From assembly GCA_024679065.1 (NCBI GenBank), contig JAGIQG010000043.1, forward strand, positions 1,116,001-1,180,000: DNA of 64,000 nucleotides, in the 5' to 3' direction. The position numbers were made by a program, and so were the translations under genes. Shown in pieces: positions 49,419 to 62,782 of the stretch. The DNA is from Sphyrna mokarran (taxonomy: Eukaryota). How positions within the stretch are numbered: position 1 is the first letter of the stretch; each line of letters starts with the position of its first letter. The notes beneath the pieces were generated by a model. That model did no database searches and was not told the origin of the DNA. It saw nothing but the letters and a program-made list of their open reading frames with translations.

Positions 49419-51879
49419 GAATCCAAACCATGAATTATGTAGGGGAGCAGAATTTCCTGAAAATTCCTCAGCCTCTTGGAAGTCAACGAGATTCTCTTGA
49501 AGCAGTTATGCTTTCCCTACGCATCCGCCATAGGACGCCATACGCATCAGCTCCAGCGTTCATTGTAAATGACTAGAAATTAAATTTACGATATTTCACT
49601 GAAATGTTGTGCTTCAGCTGTAGACGAAATTTCGAGGAATGCTTAGAGGCTTTCCTGATGCATTCTGGAGATTTTCTGCTGATCGTATAGCTCAAGTTAC
49701 TCACATGAGATATACCACTTTTTGTAAATGCAACACGTGAATACCAATTAATGATTCTATCTTTATAACGATGATTTGTTTTGATGCTGATCAACAATAA
49801 ACTTAAAACTAAATGTAATCTTTATGATGCTGCGATTTCCATTGAACTGACACTATCAGTCCACAATTCAGATGTTTTTCCATGCTTCAGGTGTGAGAGA
49901 TTTGATGATTTGTCGAATTGGAATTCAATGAGAGATGGGCCCAGATTGCAGTGCATGGAATTTCCAATGTTTTCATCATAGTTTTGTAATTTGTGAGTTT
50001 GTGTTTGTATTTAACATAAACCATACATTTCAAAGCAATATGTAGAATGCAATGTTACGGAAGAAGTAATGAATTTCGATTTGTGTGCTGCAGCATTTGG
50101 ATCTTGTTATCAATCCTTGTCATTTCCTCGCCAGTTCTGTCCTCATTTATAGAAAGTGCTATTTTCGTGAGACCATTAATCCAGAAACTCACATGCCACA
50201 AACTCAGTCGTCTTGCATGACCGAGCGTTCAAAGAGTTCATCTCAATGCTTCTTAAATGTTGTGAGAGTTCCTACCTTTACCACCCTCTCAGGCAATGAC
50301 TTCTACAATCCTATTACACGCTAAGTGGAAACATTTTTTTTTTCATTACATCGGCTGTAAACCTCGTGTTCTTTAGCTTAAATCAATGTCACAGGGCTGA
50401 GTATTGACCCCTCTGCTCTGGTAAGAATGTTCCTTCCAATCCACCCTATCGACGCCGCTCATATTTTTGAAACATCAATCAGTCCTTCCCTCAACTTTCT
50501 CTGCTTAAGGTAAACGGCCCTTGTCAATCCAGCCCTCGGGTGATACAGTCCAAGAATGTAGAATCATTCCCCCGTTTAGGAGAGCTCAGTGCTTGTATAT
50601 CAATTTTGAATTATTTATGTTGACCATTTGTGAATGAAAACGATATTAAAGTGATGCTAGCATGGGTTGATTGAACTCATTTGGACTGAAGCAAAGTCGC
50701 ACCATTTGTGACCAAAGCCATATTGTAAGCTTGACACCTGTGCTTTGAAAAAGCAGGAAAAGGTAATATTGACTGAAAAGTAACTCAATCCCCACTCAGA
50801 TGTGATATCTCAACATTATCCTCTTGGTGACTTTAGGTCGCTTGGACAAATTCCTTAGTGATGAAGGCAAGGTAGCACAGTTTTTCACACAGCTGGAACT
50901 CCTCCTGTTGAACGCTGTTGGAAATTGAAAATTTGGGAACTGATTTTTGTTGGGTGTCTGAGTGATAGTTACTGCACCAAGCCGGGTAGCTGAACTGAAA
51001 ACGTAGATCAGGCACTATGTGAATGTGAGAAGGAACAGGATCGAGGCGCTGAATATGTACCTCTACTTCGACGTTTGTGATCACATTCAACCACTCTGTA
51101 ATTGATCGTTCGGCCACTAATGAAATACAGAACTATTTTCCTGACTCAGCTATGCTGATCAGAATTCACAATGTTTACTTATTTGTTTTGTTTAATTTTG
51201 GCATGATTTGGCATAGATTCCAATTGCAGGTTTTTTTTCTGACCTCTCTGGAAATCAATGATTTCCTAGTACCGTTCTGGCGCCACCACCAGGAAGAGAG
51301 ATTCAATAGACTGGTCTGTACTCGTTAGCATTTAGAAGGCTGAGTGGGATCTTATGGACACATGTAAGATAATGAAGGGGCTAGATAGGGTAGAAATATT
51401 GGTCCCTATAAGGGAATCTTCCACAATAAGCATAGCCTAAGGTCATGGTTATGCCATTAAGACGTTAGGACGGCGGCGCGGGCTCGTGGGGCCGAAGGGC
51501 CTGTTTCCTGTGCTGTGTTGCTCTTTGTTCTCTTTGTAAATAGAGAAATTCTTCACGCTTAGAAAGGAAATCAGGACTAGAGGGCACAGTTTCAAAATAA
51601 GCGTGGGGGAGGGGTAGTTTAGAAAGGAGTTGAGGGAAAACTTCTTCTATCAAAGGGTGGTAAATCTCTGGAATTTTCTACCCATTGAAGTATGGGGCTA
51701 CCTCGTTGAATATATTAAAGTCACGGATAGATAGATTTCTGACAGGCAAGGGAATTAAGGGTTATGGGGAGAAAGCGGGAAAGTGGAACTGATCCATTTC
51801 AGATCAGACGTGATCTTATTGAATAACAGGGCAGGATCGAAAGGCTGGATGGTCTACTCCTGTTCTCATGTATTATGTT

Positions 51880-53229
51880 ATTTATAGTTATTTAGAGAGA
51901 AATGAATTGATTGTTATTTAGGATTTATAGTTATTTAGAGAGAAATGAATTGATTGGGGATAGTCAGCATGGTTTAGTGAAGGGTCGGTCGTGCCATACT
52001 AACCTCATTGAGTTTTTTGAAAAAGTGACCAAAGAGGTGGATGGGGTTAAGGCGGTTGATGTGGTATATATGGACTTTAGTAAGGCGTTTGATAAGGTGG
52101 CCCATGGAAGACTTCTGCAGAAAATGCAGATGTATGGGATAGAGGGTGATTTAGCTAATTGGGTTAGGAATTGGCTAGCAGATAGAAGACAGAGGGTGGT
52201 GGTTGATGGGAGATATTCATCTTGGAGTTCGGTGACAAGTGGTGTACCTCAGGGGTCTGTTTTGGGGCCCCTGCTGTTTGTAATTTTTATAAATGATCTG
52301 GATGAGGGTATTGAAGGATGGATTAGTAAATTTGCAGATGACATTAAAGTCGGTGGAGTGGTAGATAGTGAAGAGGGGTGTTATAGTTTGCAGAGAGACT
52401 TGGACAAGTTGCAGAGCTGGGCCGAGAGGTGGCAAATGGAGTTTAATGTGGAAAAGTGTGAGGTAATGCACTTTGGCAGGAATAATAAATGTGTAGAGTA
52501 TAGGGCTAATGGTAGGACTCTTAATAGTGTTGATGAACAGAGGGATCTTGGTGTATGTGTGCATAGATCCCTGAAAGTAGGCAGTCAAGTCGATAAGGTT
52601 GTTAAGAAGGCATATGGAGTCTTAGCTTTTATTGGTAGGGGGATTGAATTTAGGAGCCGCAACGTCATGTTGCAACTGTACAAAACTCTAGTGCGGCCGC
52701 ACTTGGAGTATTGTGTGCAGTTCTGGTCCCCACATTATAAGAAAGATGTGGAGGCATTGGAGAGGGTACAGAGGAGGTTTACCAGGATGTTGCCTGGTAT
52801 GGAGGGCAGGTCTTATGAAGAGAGGCTGAGGGATTTGAGGTTGTTTTCGTCAGAAAGGAGGCGGCTAAGAGGGGACCTTATTGAAACATATAAGATGATT
52901 AGAGGTTTAGATAGGGTGGACAGTGATAGCCGTTTTCCTAGGATGGAGAAAGCTAGCACGAGGGGACACAGCTTTAAATTAAGGGGTGATAGTCATAGGA
53001 CGGATATCAGAGTAGGTTCTTTTCCCAAAGGGTGGTTCGGGAGTGGAATGCCCTGCCCGTGGCAGTTGTAGATGCACCAACTTTGGTGGCGTTTAAGAGG
53101 TTAGTTGATAAGTATATGGAAGAGAAGGGAATGGTTTAGTTTGGAGGGTCATTGCTTTTTATATTGGTCGGCACAACATCGGAGGCCGAAGGGCCTGTTC
53201 TGTGCTGTAATATTCTATGTTCTATGTTC
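51880..53229 (+). mobile_element. Young 5'-truncated CR1, arm B-specific, with duplicated 5' end
   Basis: 386-aa RT ORF 51911-53071; very similar to 19476-21020; empty site near 17835. Confidence 0.93.
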
Positions 53230-54385
53230 TTATGACACATTCCGGCCCGGCGAGATATAGACGGTCGCTTACAAAGAACAATGAACAAAGAACAAAAAAA
53301 CTCTCTTATCTACCAGAAAAGAGATCAATAATTGATTATATAAATCACGGTTGCCATGGATTAGACTGGATGTTAATCCAACTAATTTATTTTAAATTTC
53401 TCCGTCTGCCCTGATATATTTGGAAGTCTCCATCCTGAAGTAAACATTAACTCTTTGCACATAAATGAATGTGTCTGATTGACCATGTACCTCTGGTGTT
53501 GAGGCCACACCAGAGTTCCTTGCTCAGGGTTTATATTGGTAAGTCACTGTGCAACTGTTCTCTCTCCTCGTGGCCAGTTAAGACATGAAATGCTTCCATC
53601 TTGCCGCTCTCAATGTAAATAGAACCGAGAAGAAAAAGAAAGGCAAAGGTTATTTATATTAATGGCAGTGGAATCATTCTCAGCCCAGAGGGGCAGAACG
53701 TCCAAGTGGATAGATTGGTGAATGTTTCCCGTGAACGATTCTGATCAGCTGCAAATGATTCATTCTTTCACCATGAAACTTTATTTCTATCAGAAGTGAG
53801 CATTGACTAAATTTTCCACTTGACTTACTATCTCAGTGGCTCTGCTGCTGCAAATGCGCTATTCTAATGGAGGACTGATTAAGACACAAACGTACTAAGA
53901 GATCTTGCAACGTTCAGGGTGATAGAAAGCTGCTGGGCTGCGGTAACACAGGTAACCGGAAGACATGGTGAACATGCACGTTTTGCAGACACAGCGTGCT
54001 GCGGTGAAAACAGCGCACTAAAAATATCAGAGCAGGGTGAATTGTGGTTCAGAGTTTCCTGTGTATAGATGAAGAGGCCGCGCACAGCACAGTCTGCAAT
54101 GAAAAAGATCTTCTATTCGTGCTAAGCACGCTTTAAGACTGATGTAAACTGTGTTGAGCAGATAATATGGCTGAAATCAGCAACATGGCTGTTTGTGAAA
54201 TTCGAATGGGCACAGCAGATAGCAAAATGTTGTATTGAATTCATCCCAAATACCTTACCATATTCTGTTTTCTGCAAAGAAGTAATGAATGAAGAAATAT
54301 TCAAAATGATGCAAAGGTTTTCATGGCGTTTTCGCCCAGTGCAATTCTCCCTATCTCTTTGTACCATAATTCCATCCTTTGACTT

Positions 54386-54645
54386 GTGGACCCATTGGAT
54401 CCCATATACTCATCCAAAAGTCTTTTAAAAGACCTCAGCGAGTTCGCCTCGACCACCACCGACGGCAGCCGATTCCATTCACTCACCACCCTCTGAGTGA
54501 AAAACTTTCCCCTAGCATCCCCTCTGTACTTGCTTCCCTGCACCTTAAATCTGTGCCCTCTCGTCGCGACCATTTCAGCCCTGGGAAATAGTCTCTGATA
54601 GTCCACCCTATCTATTCCTCTCAACATCTTGTAAACCTCTATCAG
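54386..54645 (-). mobile_element. CR1 fragment
   Basis: ORF 54301..54627 LFPRAEM...FFTQRVV. Confidence 0.8.
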
Positions 54646-55526
54646 TGTTGTTCTAGCTTGGCGGAAACTAACTCACCGAAGTGCTCCCAATAGTCTCCTA
54701 CTGATAGCATGCATAGGGGGAAAGTAAAGCATTTTTAATCGGTGATAAAAGAGAAATAAGCCTAATATTCCCGTTTTATAGATAGAATATGGAACAAAAG
54801 TACAGATTCAAACAGCCAGCAGATACGAGACAGATTATTCCTCTCTTGCAGATGGGTAAGGTTCTCAGATTCCATTCTGCAAAATCCACTGAGCGATGTT
54901 ATCCAAAGCCAACATGGATTGGACATAAATTTGTCTCAGCAATAAAGGTATTTTTGTCATTATTACTATGCGACAAGTTCAAAAATGCTCTCACTGTGCA
55001 TTTTTAATTAATCCATCGTGAATCTGCAACGTATTACTCGATTGCCTTGTCAGTTCTTTACCCATTTCCAAACGCACACACATTCCCTGCAAACATGCCT
55101 CTGATAATTCGCTAAAGAGCTACCGGCATCGCATTTGGGTTGAACCCAAATCGAATCTCGAATCATGCAGCTTACATTCCAAACCTGCTTCGATCAATTG
55201 GTAACTCGGATACAGATACATTTTGAATTGTTTATTGCATATTTACCATCGACAATGCAGAACAGAATTGTAAGAAAACGACATAAGGAATTGGAAGAAT
55301 AAAGGGGTGAAATTGTGCTGCAGGCGATACTCCATTGTACAATGGCGGATATTACGGGAGAGTATGTTTTCCTCTTTGGGCGCCATCACAGTATTGGGCC
55401 GCCAATCCGCCCGATTTTGCTCCAATTGGACCTTCAGAATTCACCGTGCAACAAGAGGAATGTTTCTACACTAGGTATAAAGGAAACACACTCTTCTTTT
55501 TGCCTCGTTCTCTCTTTCCTCTCGAG

Positions 55527-58500
55527 TTAGTGTGTTGGATCGTTATTGAAGGCCAGACCAGCATAAAGAGTCTGTGGATGAAAAGTGATCTGTCAATGTA
55601 CTCCACAACATCATTGTAGGGATCGATGAGGCCATTGAGACCCTCACTATATTCAGCTAGATTAAGGCTGACATGCATTTTAGCCCATATGCTTCCACCA
55701 TTTCTGAATAATCCTTAATATTCTCCCGCATATAAATCTATCCATCACAATTCCAACTGTTAAACTGGCTGGATCAGCTGTTGTTTTAACGGGGGAGTGA
55801 GTTCCAAAATTTGACTCCCATTGTGTTAAAAACGAACTTCCTAAATGGACGTGGTTGGCTCCCAACTTAATATTCTGCTCCCTTGACGGGACATCCCCAG
55901 CGGCCCCTGCGCCCCATTCTTCCACCAAGCCCCCAGCCATGGTTGCTTCCTCCAGTGCCACCGACGCCAAAGAAAACTCCACGAGTTCCCTGGCGGCGGA
56001 GTGGTGCAAATGACGGGAAATCAAGTTGACACAAACTTGAACATGGGGCTACATCTCATTACTGTGGAGGTACGGGAGGTGGACATGGATGCGCTGCTTA
56101 TGACTGGGCAGGAAAATCGAACCACCTGGATGGAATGGAAAAGCGGCTAATAACTTAAATTTGGTCTGAAGAAGCATTCCAAGGGTTCGCAAAGAGGGAA
56201 TGGTAGAGAAGGCTGTGGCTTTTCTCTTTAGGGCAGAGGGGGATGAGAGGCGACATAATAGTAGCTTATAAGATGATGAGGGGGACTGACAGAATGGACG
56301 TTCAGAGACTATTTCCTCGGGTGGATGTAGCTGTTACTAGGGGGCATAAAAAACAAGGTTCATAGTGGAAGATACAAGAGGAATGTCTAAGGTAGATTAT
56401 TTACTCAGAGGGTGGTTAGGGTGTCGAAAGCACTACCTGCTGTGATAATGGAGTCGGACACTTTAGCAACTATCAAGCGGTTATTGGATAGGCACATGGA
56501 GCACTCCAGAATGAGAGGGAGTGTGATAGCTTGATCTGGGATTGACATAGCTGGGCACAACATTGAGGGCCGAAGGGCTTGTTCTGTGTTATAATGTTGT
56601 ATATTCTATTCCTATCTCCACAGATGCTGCCAGAGTTGCAGATTTTTCTTTTTTCCAGAGCCATTACGAACTTTGAATCTTGGGTGAAAATGTACTGGAA
56701 AATAATCACGCATTATGGAAAATAAAATGTACCTTTTCATTCTGTGCTTGCGATCTGGAAGCTGTCAAGGCCTCATCACTCCTTGCATTGCCTGTTTAGA
56801 AGAAAAAAAAAACGTCGGGCTAATTGGCCATATTTCACGCATTTCATTCACAGTGTCAATAATTCAGCAATAAATGGCTGGATTGAGGATGCCGCCGAGT
56901 TAGAGTCTCCGAACAATCGCTACCTCTCTGCCGATTTCTGCAGCTCCATCTCCCAACCACACAGACCAATCCCAGAAGGAGCAGCGCCACGGCCGACAAC
57001 CCCCCTGAGAGTGAAACAATGCATAACGTGGTTACCGGAATATCTGAGAAAGAAAAACAAAATAATTTTCACCTCTAATTAGAATTTTGGAAAACATAGA
57101 TAAATGAACAATTTGATCAAAATTCATCGTTGGTTTTGCCTTTATGTGATGAAGCAGAGAAGTTGCTGCACTTTTTTTTTCAACAGGACACAGGGGAGCG
57201 GGAAAGAGAGAGATTGAATGCGACTGAGTGAGAGACAAAGTGATAAATACATTTGAAAGGATTAATTCCGACAGAAAGGAGAGCGATAGAACAGATACAT
57301 TATACAGAGTTGTTTCACTTGGATATACATAACGGGACAGATAGAAGGGACACGTTAAGGACAGATATATGAAAAGAGAGTCAGAATACATTGAGACCGA
57401 TAGTTAAAACATAGAACATAGAACATTACAGTGCAGAACAGGCCCTTCGGCCTTCGATGTTGCGCCGACCAATTATGAAAAAAGCAATGACCCTCCAAAC
57501 TAAACCATTCCCTTCTCTTCCATAAACTTATCAACTAATCTCTTAAACGCTACCAAACTTGGCGCATCGACAACTGCCGCAGGCAGGGCATTCCACTCCC
57601 TAACCACCCTCTGGGTAAAGAACCTACCTCTGATATCTGTCCTATAACTATCACCCCTTCACTGGAAGAGCCAGTGAAAAAGATTTTGGAAAAGAAGTAC
57701 CATGAAGTAGCAAGTGTGAAATCAAAGTGGCTCAGCCTAAAGAAGTATACCAACGACAACAGCAGTGGGGAGGCAGAGGTAGCTTTACAGGACTGGGTAG
57801 AGGTGGTGGCCGTGGAGCTGGTCAAAGTCAAAACTGGAGTCAAGGATACAGCAATAAATATTGGAATCCAAGCTATGGCAGCAGTTATGGTTACAGCGGG
57901 CAGAGTAGCTGTGGTGCATAGGGAGGCTATGATTATACTGGCTATTTAAAGCTATGTTGTCTGTTTAAAAGGAGCACCGTTTAACTGGACGAATCAGGCA
58001 GAGCGAGTATATTGCCTATACCAATACATAGAGACTGAGAGAAAAATTAATAGCTGGTGACAGAGAGATAAGAGGGAATGAGCTATGTTGTCTGTTAAAA
58101 GGAGCACCGTTTAACTGGACGAATCAGGCAGAGCGAGTATATTGCCTATACCAATACATAGAGACTGAGAGAAAAACTAATAGCTGGTGACAGAGAGATA
58201 AGAGGGAATGAGGTTGACACATAGTTTGGAGGGGCATTGCTTTTTATTTTGGTCGGCACAACATCGAAGGCCGAAGGGCCTGTTCTGTGCTGTAATGTTC
58301 TATGTTCTATAACTGCCCTATGCCAACTCGGGATAGGCAATGAATGCTGGAGATACATCGAAGCCCATGTCCCAGGAACGGATAAAGAGTTAAAGGGGGA
58401 CGGGAGTTGAAACGGCGGGTGGATTCGGGAGAGACAGAGAGTTTAACACTGGGCGACACAGGGAGAATAGAGAAATGGTGAGAAAAGAGAAAAATAAAAG

Positions 58501-61500
58501 AGAGGGAATGATATGCAGGGTGTCGGCAAGCGGACTGCGAATAACAGATTATTATACATACACAACAATACTGGACAGTGATAGCCTTTTTCCTAGGATG
58601 GAGAAAGCTAGCACGAGGGGACACAGCTTTAAATTAAGGGGTATGAGTTATAGGACGGATATCAGAGGTAGGTTCTTTACTCAAAGAGTGATTAGGGAGT
58701 GGAATGCCCTGCCTGCAGCTGTTGTAGATGCGCCAAGTTTGGTGGCGTTTAAGAGGTTAATTGATAGGTATATGGAAGAGAAGGGAATGGTTTAGTTTGG
58801 AGGGGCATTGCTTTTTCTTTTGGTCGGCACAACATCGAAGGCCGAAGGGCCTGTTTTGTGCTGTAATGTTCTATATCTATATCTACAACATGAACCAAAT
58901 AACAGAGGGAGAGAGATGATGAATAACGCTAAGTTCAACAAGCGGGCAGATACATCAAATGGCATGTGCTGCTTTGCTTAACTGTGATAGTTCGAAGTAG
59001 AGACGAAAGGTCGAATCAGTCATTACATATAAGTATGATTTGATAACGTTATACGATGAAAATGTAACCACACGTTTTATTTCAACCCACGGCGTCATGG
59101 GCCACTGACTCCCAACCCTATTCAAGATGGCGCCGGAACATGGCTGTTTCTTGCGAGCTGTCCCCAGCATACCCATTAATTCTGTCATTGACTTTCGTGC
59201 TATTCTTTTAAAACTTAACTCCAACTCTCTTATACTTCCTAGTAATCTTCATTTACCACTGTAGTGTTATATGTTGCATTATATGTTACATGATGCATCT
59301 ATTCCTTTCGTTCTCCCACATGTACGATGTAAATGGTAAATTGTGCCTATGCACCGTGCAAGAAACAAAACCTTTCACTCAATCCCATACATATGAGTGT
59401 AATAAATCAAACCTAACAACTCTACGAACGGCATGATTTCTGTCTGTATTAGAAAATATACGTTTCAATGTAGCCCAATAAATGTGACAATAACAAAATC
59501 AAATTAACTCAAATCTATGTACCCTATCATGGTGTGTTTTTTTTGTTTCTGTGTCACGCGCATGAAGCAATGGTTTTCACTGTATCTAAAAGCATATGGC
59601 AATAATAGATAAAATCTATGTACTCTATGAACTTTATGTTTTGTCCGCAAAGCGCAGGAAAATGTGTTTTTCACTGCATCCCAAATACATATGGCAATAA
59701 GTCAATTCAAAACGTATCCATGTACTCTATCAATGGTATGTATTGTCGGTTGTAATGTGCTTGTCTATGTTCTATGTTCTCCTAAAGTTCACGTGCAGGG
59801 GTTCGTCGGCAATTTGGAAGAAAAAAAAATCAATGTTCACATTCATGTCGAGAGGGCTGGAATACAAGCACAGGATTGTAATTGGGAGTCTGCATGAAGT
59901 TCTCGTCAGACCCATTTGGAGCATTGCGAGCAGTCTGGGGCCCCATATCAAAGGAAAGATGTGCTCGTTTGGAAGACATCCAGAAAAGTTTCACAAGAAT
60001 GATCCCTGTAATGAAGAGCTTGTCGTATGAGGAAAGATTGAGGACTCTAGGTCTATACTGGGTGGCGTTTAGAAGGATGAGGCGAGAACTTATTGAAAAT
60101 TGCACAACACTGTGAGGCCTGGATAGAGTGGATGTGGAAAGGGTGTTTCCACTAGCAGGAAAAATTAGAAACAGGGGGCACAACCACACGCTGAAGGGAC
60201 AATCCCTTAAAACTGAAATGAGGAGGAATTTCTTTAGCCAGATAATCCGTGGAGCTCTGCCACGGAAGACTGTGGAAACCATGTCATTAAGTGCGTTTAA
60301 GACAGAGATAAATAGATTATTGATTAATAGGGCATTAGGGCTTATGGGAAAAGATAGGAGAATGGGGATGAGAGAAAGAAATAACCATTATTGAATGGTA
60401 GAATAGGCTCAATGGGTCGATTGCTCTATTCTGCTCTTTTGTCTTATGGTCTTGCAGTGTTATGATTGCACCGTTTTCGTGTCACATTCTAAAGGCGGAA
60501 TCTGACTCAATTCTCCCACAAGTTTCGTTGAAACACCGGAGTGGTTACATGGGAATTATATATTTTTTTATTATTATTTATTCATGGGACTTGGGCGTCG
60601 ATGGCTGGTTAGCTTTTATTGCCCATCCCTGTCTGCCGTTGGAGAGTACAAAAAACAAAGAACAAAACAGCACGGGAAACAGGCCCTTCGGCCCAACGAC
60701 CCCGCCCCGCAACCCCGATATTCCCATCTCTACTCGCGATTCCTGTTCATGTTTACAGATCTATGGATTAAAAACCAAATTTGAGACAATTTAGGGAGAA
60801 TTTGTTTTGCCAATTAGCCTAAGAGCACATCTTTGGGATGTGGGAGGAAGCCGGAGCTCCCGAGAAAACCCACGCAAACACGGGGAGAATGCGCAAACTC
60901 CCACAGACACAAGCCCAAATCCATGTATCTGCACAGCACAGCGATAGTCACTGAGCTGTCGTGTTACCATCAGATGGTCCAGGTCAAGCATACACTAACA
61001 ACGTGAAGTAGTAGGATACTCTCGAAAAAGATCCAAGAGCAGTCCTCTCACGACCCATCGCGTGTATGCCCCTCATTAGACAACAAGGTGGACCAAAGCA
61101 CCTGTAGGATAAAATACACCAATATCATCATCTATTTACACACTTCCCAGGGATTCCCAAGGCTCATGATCCCTACTTTAAATCAGTTTTCTATACCCCT
61201 CCATTCCCATTCTGTTCGTGTGCCCATCTAATATTTCTTAAATAACTCCAAAGTACCTGCCTCCACCACTTTACTTGGCAGCGTATTCCATACCCCACCA
61301 CCCTCTGTGTTAAAAAACTCCCTCTAGCATCCAAATTATACCTTACCCCCTCACCCTAAGCCCGTGACCCCTCGTGGTATTTGAGTCCATCTAGGAAAAA
61401 GCTTGGGCCTGTTTACTCTATCAATTCCCATCAAAATTTTGTACACATCTAGCAGATCTCCTCAACCACAATGGAATGGCTCGGATGTCACATGCAGGCC

Positions 61501-62782
61501 AGATCAGATAAGGACGGCAGATTTCTTTGCCTAAGGACATCAGTGAACCACGGGGGAGGGGGGGGGAGGTTTCTAACAATTGAGAATGTTTTCATGGTCA
61601 TCAGTAAATTCTTAATTCCAGATATTTGTGAATGTAATAAATTAAAGAACTTCAACAAAGCAACACTTCTCAGAGAATATATTCTGTCATCTATACTCTT
61701 TGCTTCTTATGCACTATCTTTGGGCAAAGTAGGTAATTTAGTCGAACGTTCTACTTGAATAGATCCCTTCTCCACAGATGCCTATATTTTCACTGGATAA
61801 AATTTACAGCTTTAATCCCGGGTACACTTAACAATGAACCCGAGCCTCGTGTTTTATTCTGGCCTTGAGCGATTTCCTGCGTGGAGTTTGAACGTTCTCC
61901 CCGTGTCTTTGTGGGTTTCCTCTGAGTGCTCTGGTTCCCTCCCATACGCAAAATGCATGGATTGGCCATGCAAAATCCTGTCTTGGTGTCCCAGAACATG
62001 TCGGCGATGTGGGTTGGCCATGCTAAATTGCCCTTTAAAGGCCAAGGATGAGTAGGATAGGAGCATTTGCCATGCAAAATTACCCCTTATTTTCCACAAA
62101 TGTGCGGGTTAGGGGGATTGGCCAAACAAAATCGCGCTTTCGTGTCCAAAGATACGCAGGTAATGTCGATTGGACATGCTCAACTATTCCCAATATCAGC
62201 GAGATTAGTTGGATAAATATACCCATTTGAGATTATTGATGGTGATTGTTCAATGGATCGAATATCCTATTCCTCTACTGGAGGCATTTGATGATTCGCT
62301 TTATATCATTTTCATTAATTGTTATTGATTAATACACAACATTTTCCCCTTCGTTAATATTTGTTTTGTTTCATATTAAATGTGCATGCCAAACTGCATA
62401 ATCACATCACCGCAGAGCACAGTTGGAGACCATTCCGCCACCAGTAACTCTGCTGCACCTTTGATAGATTTATCTAATTAGTTCTAGCTCCGACTTTTCT
62501 TGTTTCCCCCATATCTCTGCAATTTTTGTTCATGACACATTTTTGATCCAAATCTGCTCTTTGATCTGCTTACACCTCCCGTTTTAACAACGGTTTCATT
62601 TGGCAATAATATGTTACTTGTCCCGATTTACTTCAAACTGCTTCTCTCTGATCACAGACCCACAATTAAAATAGTATCTCCATATTTACAACATACAAAT
62701 CCGTATGCACTCTACCTTAATTTGGCAAGGATATCTCACCCTGGAAGAGATGGAACAATACACAAACGCCAAACAAACGCAT
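55527..62782 (-). CDS. Gene A2: type-A gene lacking V and C1 exons (leader 62782-62740, TM 57043-56924, 56791-56733, 55571-55527); predicted 88-aa product or pseudogene
   Basis: Leader [14 protein letters not shown] is homologous to the A1 leader; TM exon 117/120 and terminal exon 45/45 identical to A1; no V or C1 sequence seen in the gap-free interval 57044-62739. Confidence 0.6.
57406..57957 (-). mobile_element. CR1 3' end interrupted by the hnRNP fragment; further arm B-specific CR1 3' ends at 58225-58308 and 58571-58880 (+)
   Basis: Tail at 57406; CR1 sequence resumes (ATTTAAAGCTATGT) at 57944-57957; absent from arm A (~9360). Confidence 0.85.
57660..57945 (+). pseudogene. HNRNPD: Processed fragment of an hnRNP D/AB/DL-family mRNA (end of RRM2 plus Gly/Tyr-rich region)
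   Basis: [38 protein letters not shown]...[15 protein letters not shown]...*GGYDYTGY; one frameshift and one stop; uninterrupted by introns. Paralog assignment (D vs AB vs DL) is uncertain. Confidence 0.8.
57951..58211. repeat. Direct tandem duplication of ~131 bp
   Basis: 57951-58081 repeated at 58082-58211. Confidence 0.9.
59820..61462. mobile_element. Old CR1 3' fragment (59820-60455 +) and V-SINE-tailed CR1 (60648-61462 -)
   Basis: FTRMIP/SYEERL peptides; reverse-complement match to 8170-9000. Confidence 0.85.

Larger units (their letters stand above)
42794..59762. repeat. Arm B of the inverted segmental duplication
   Basis: Reverse-complement match to arm A; left edge is the 100-N gap. 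Confidence 0.9.
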
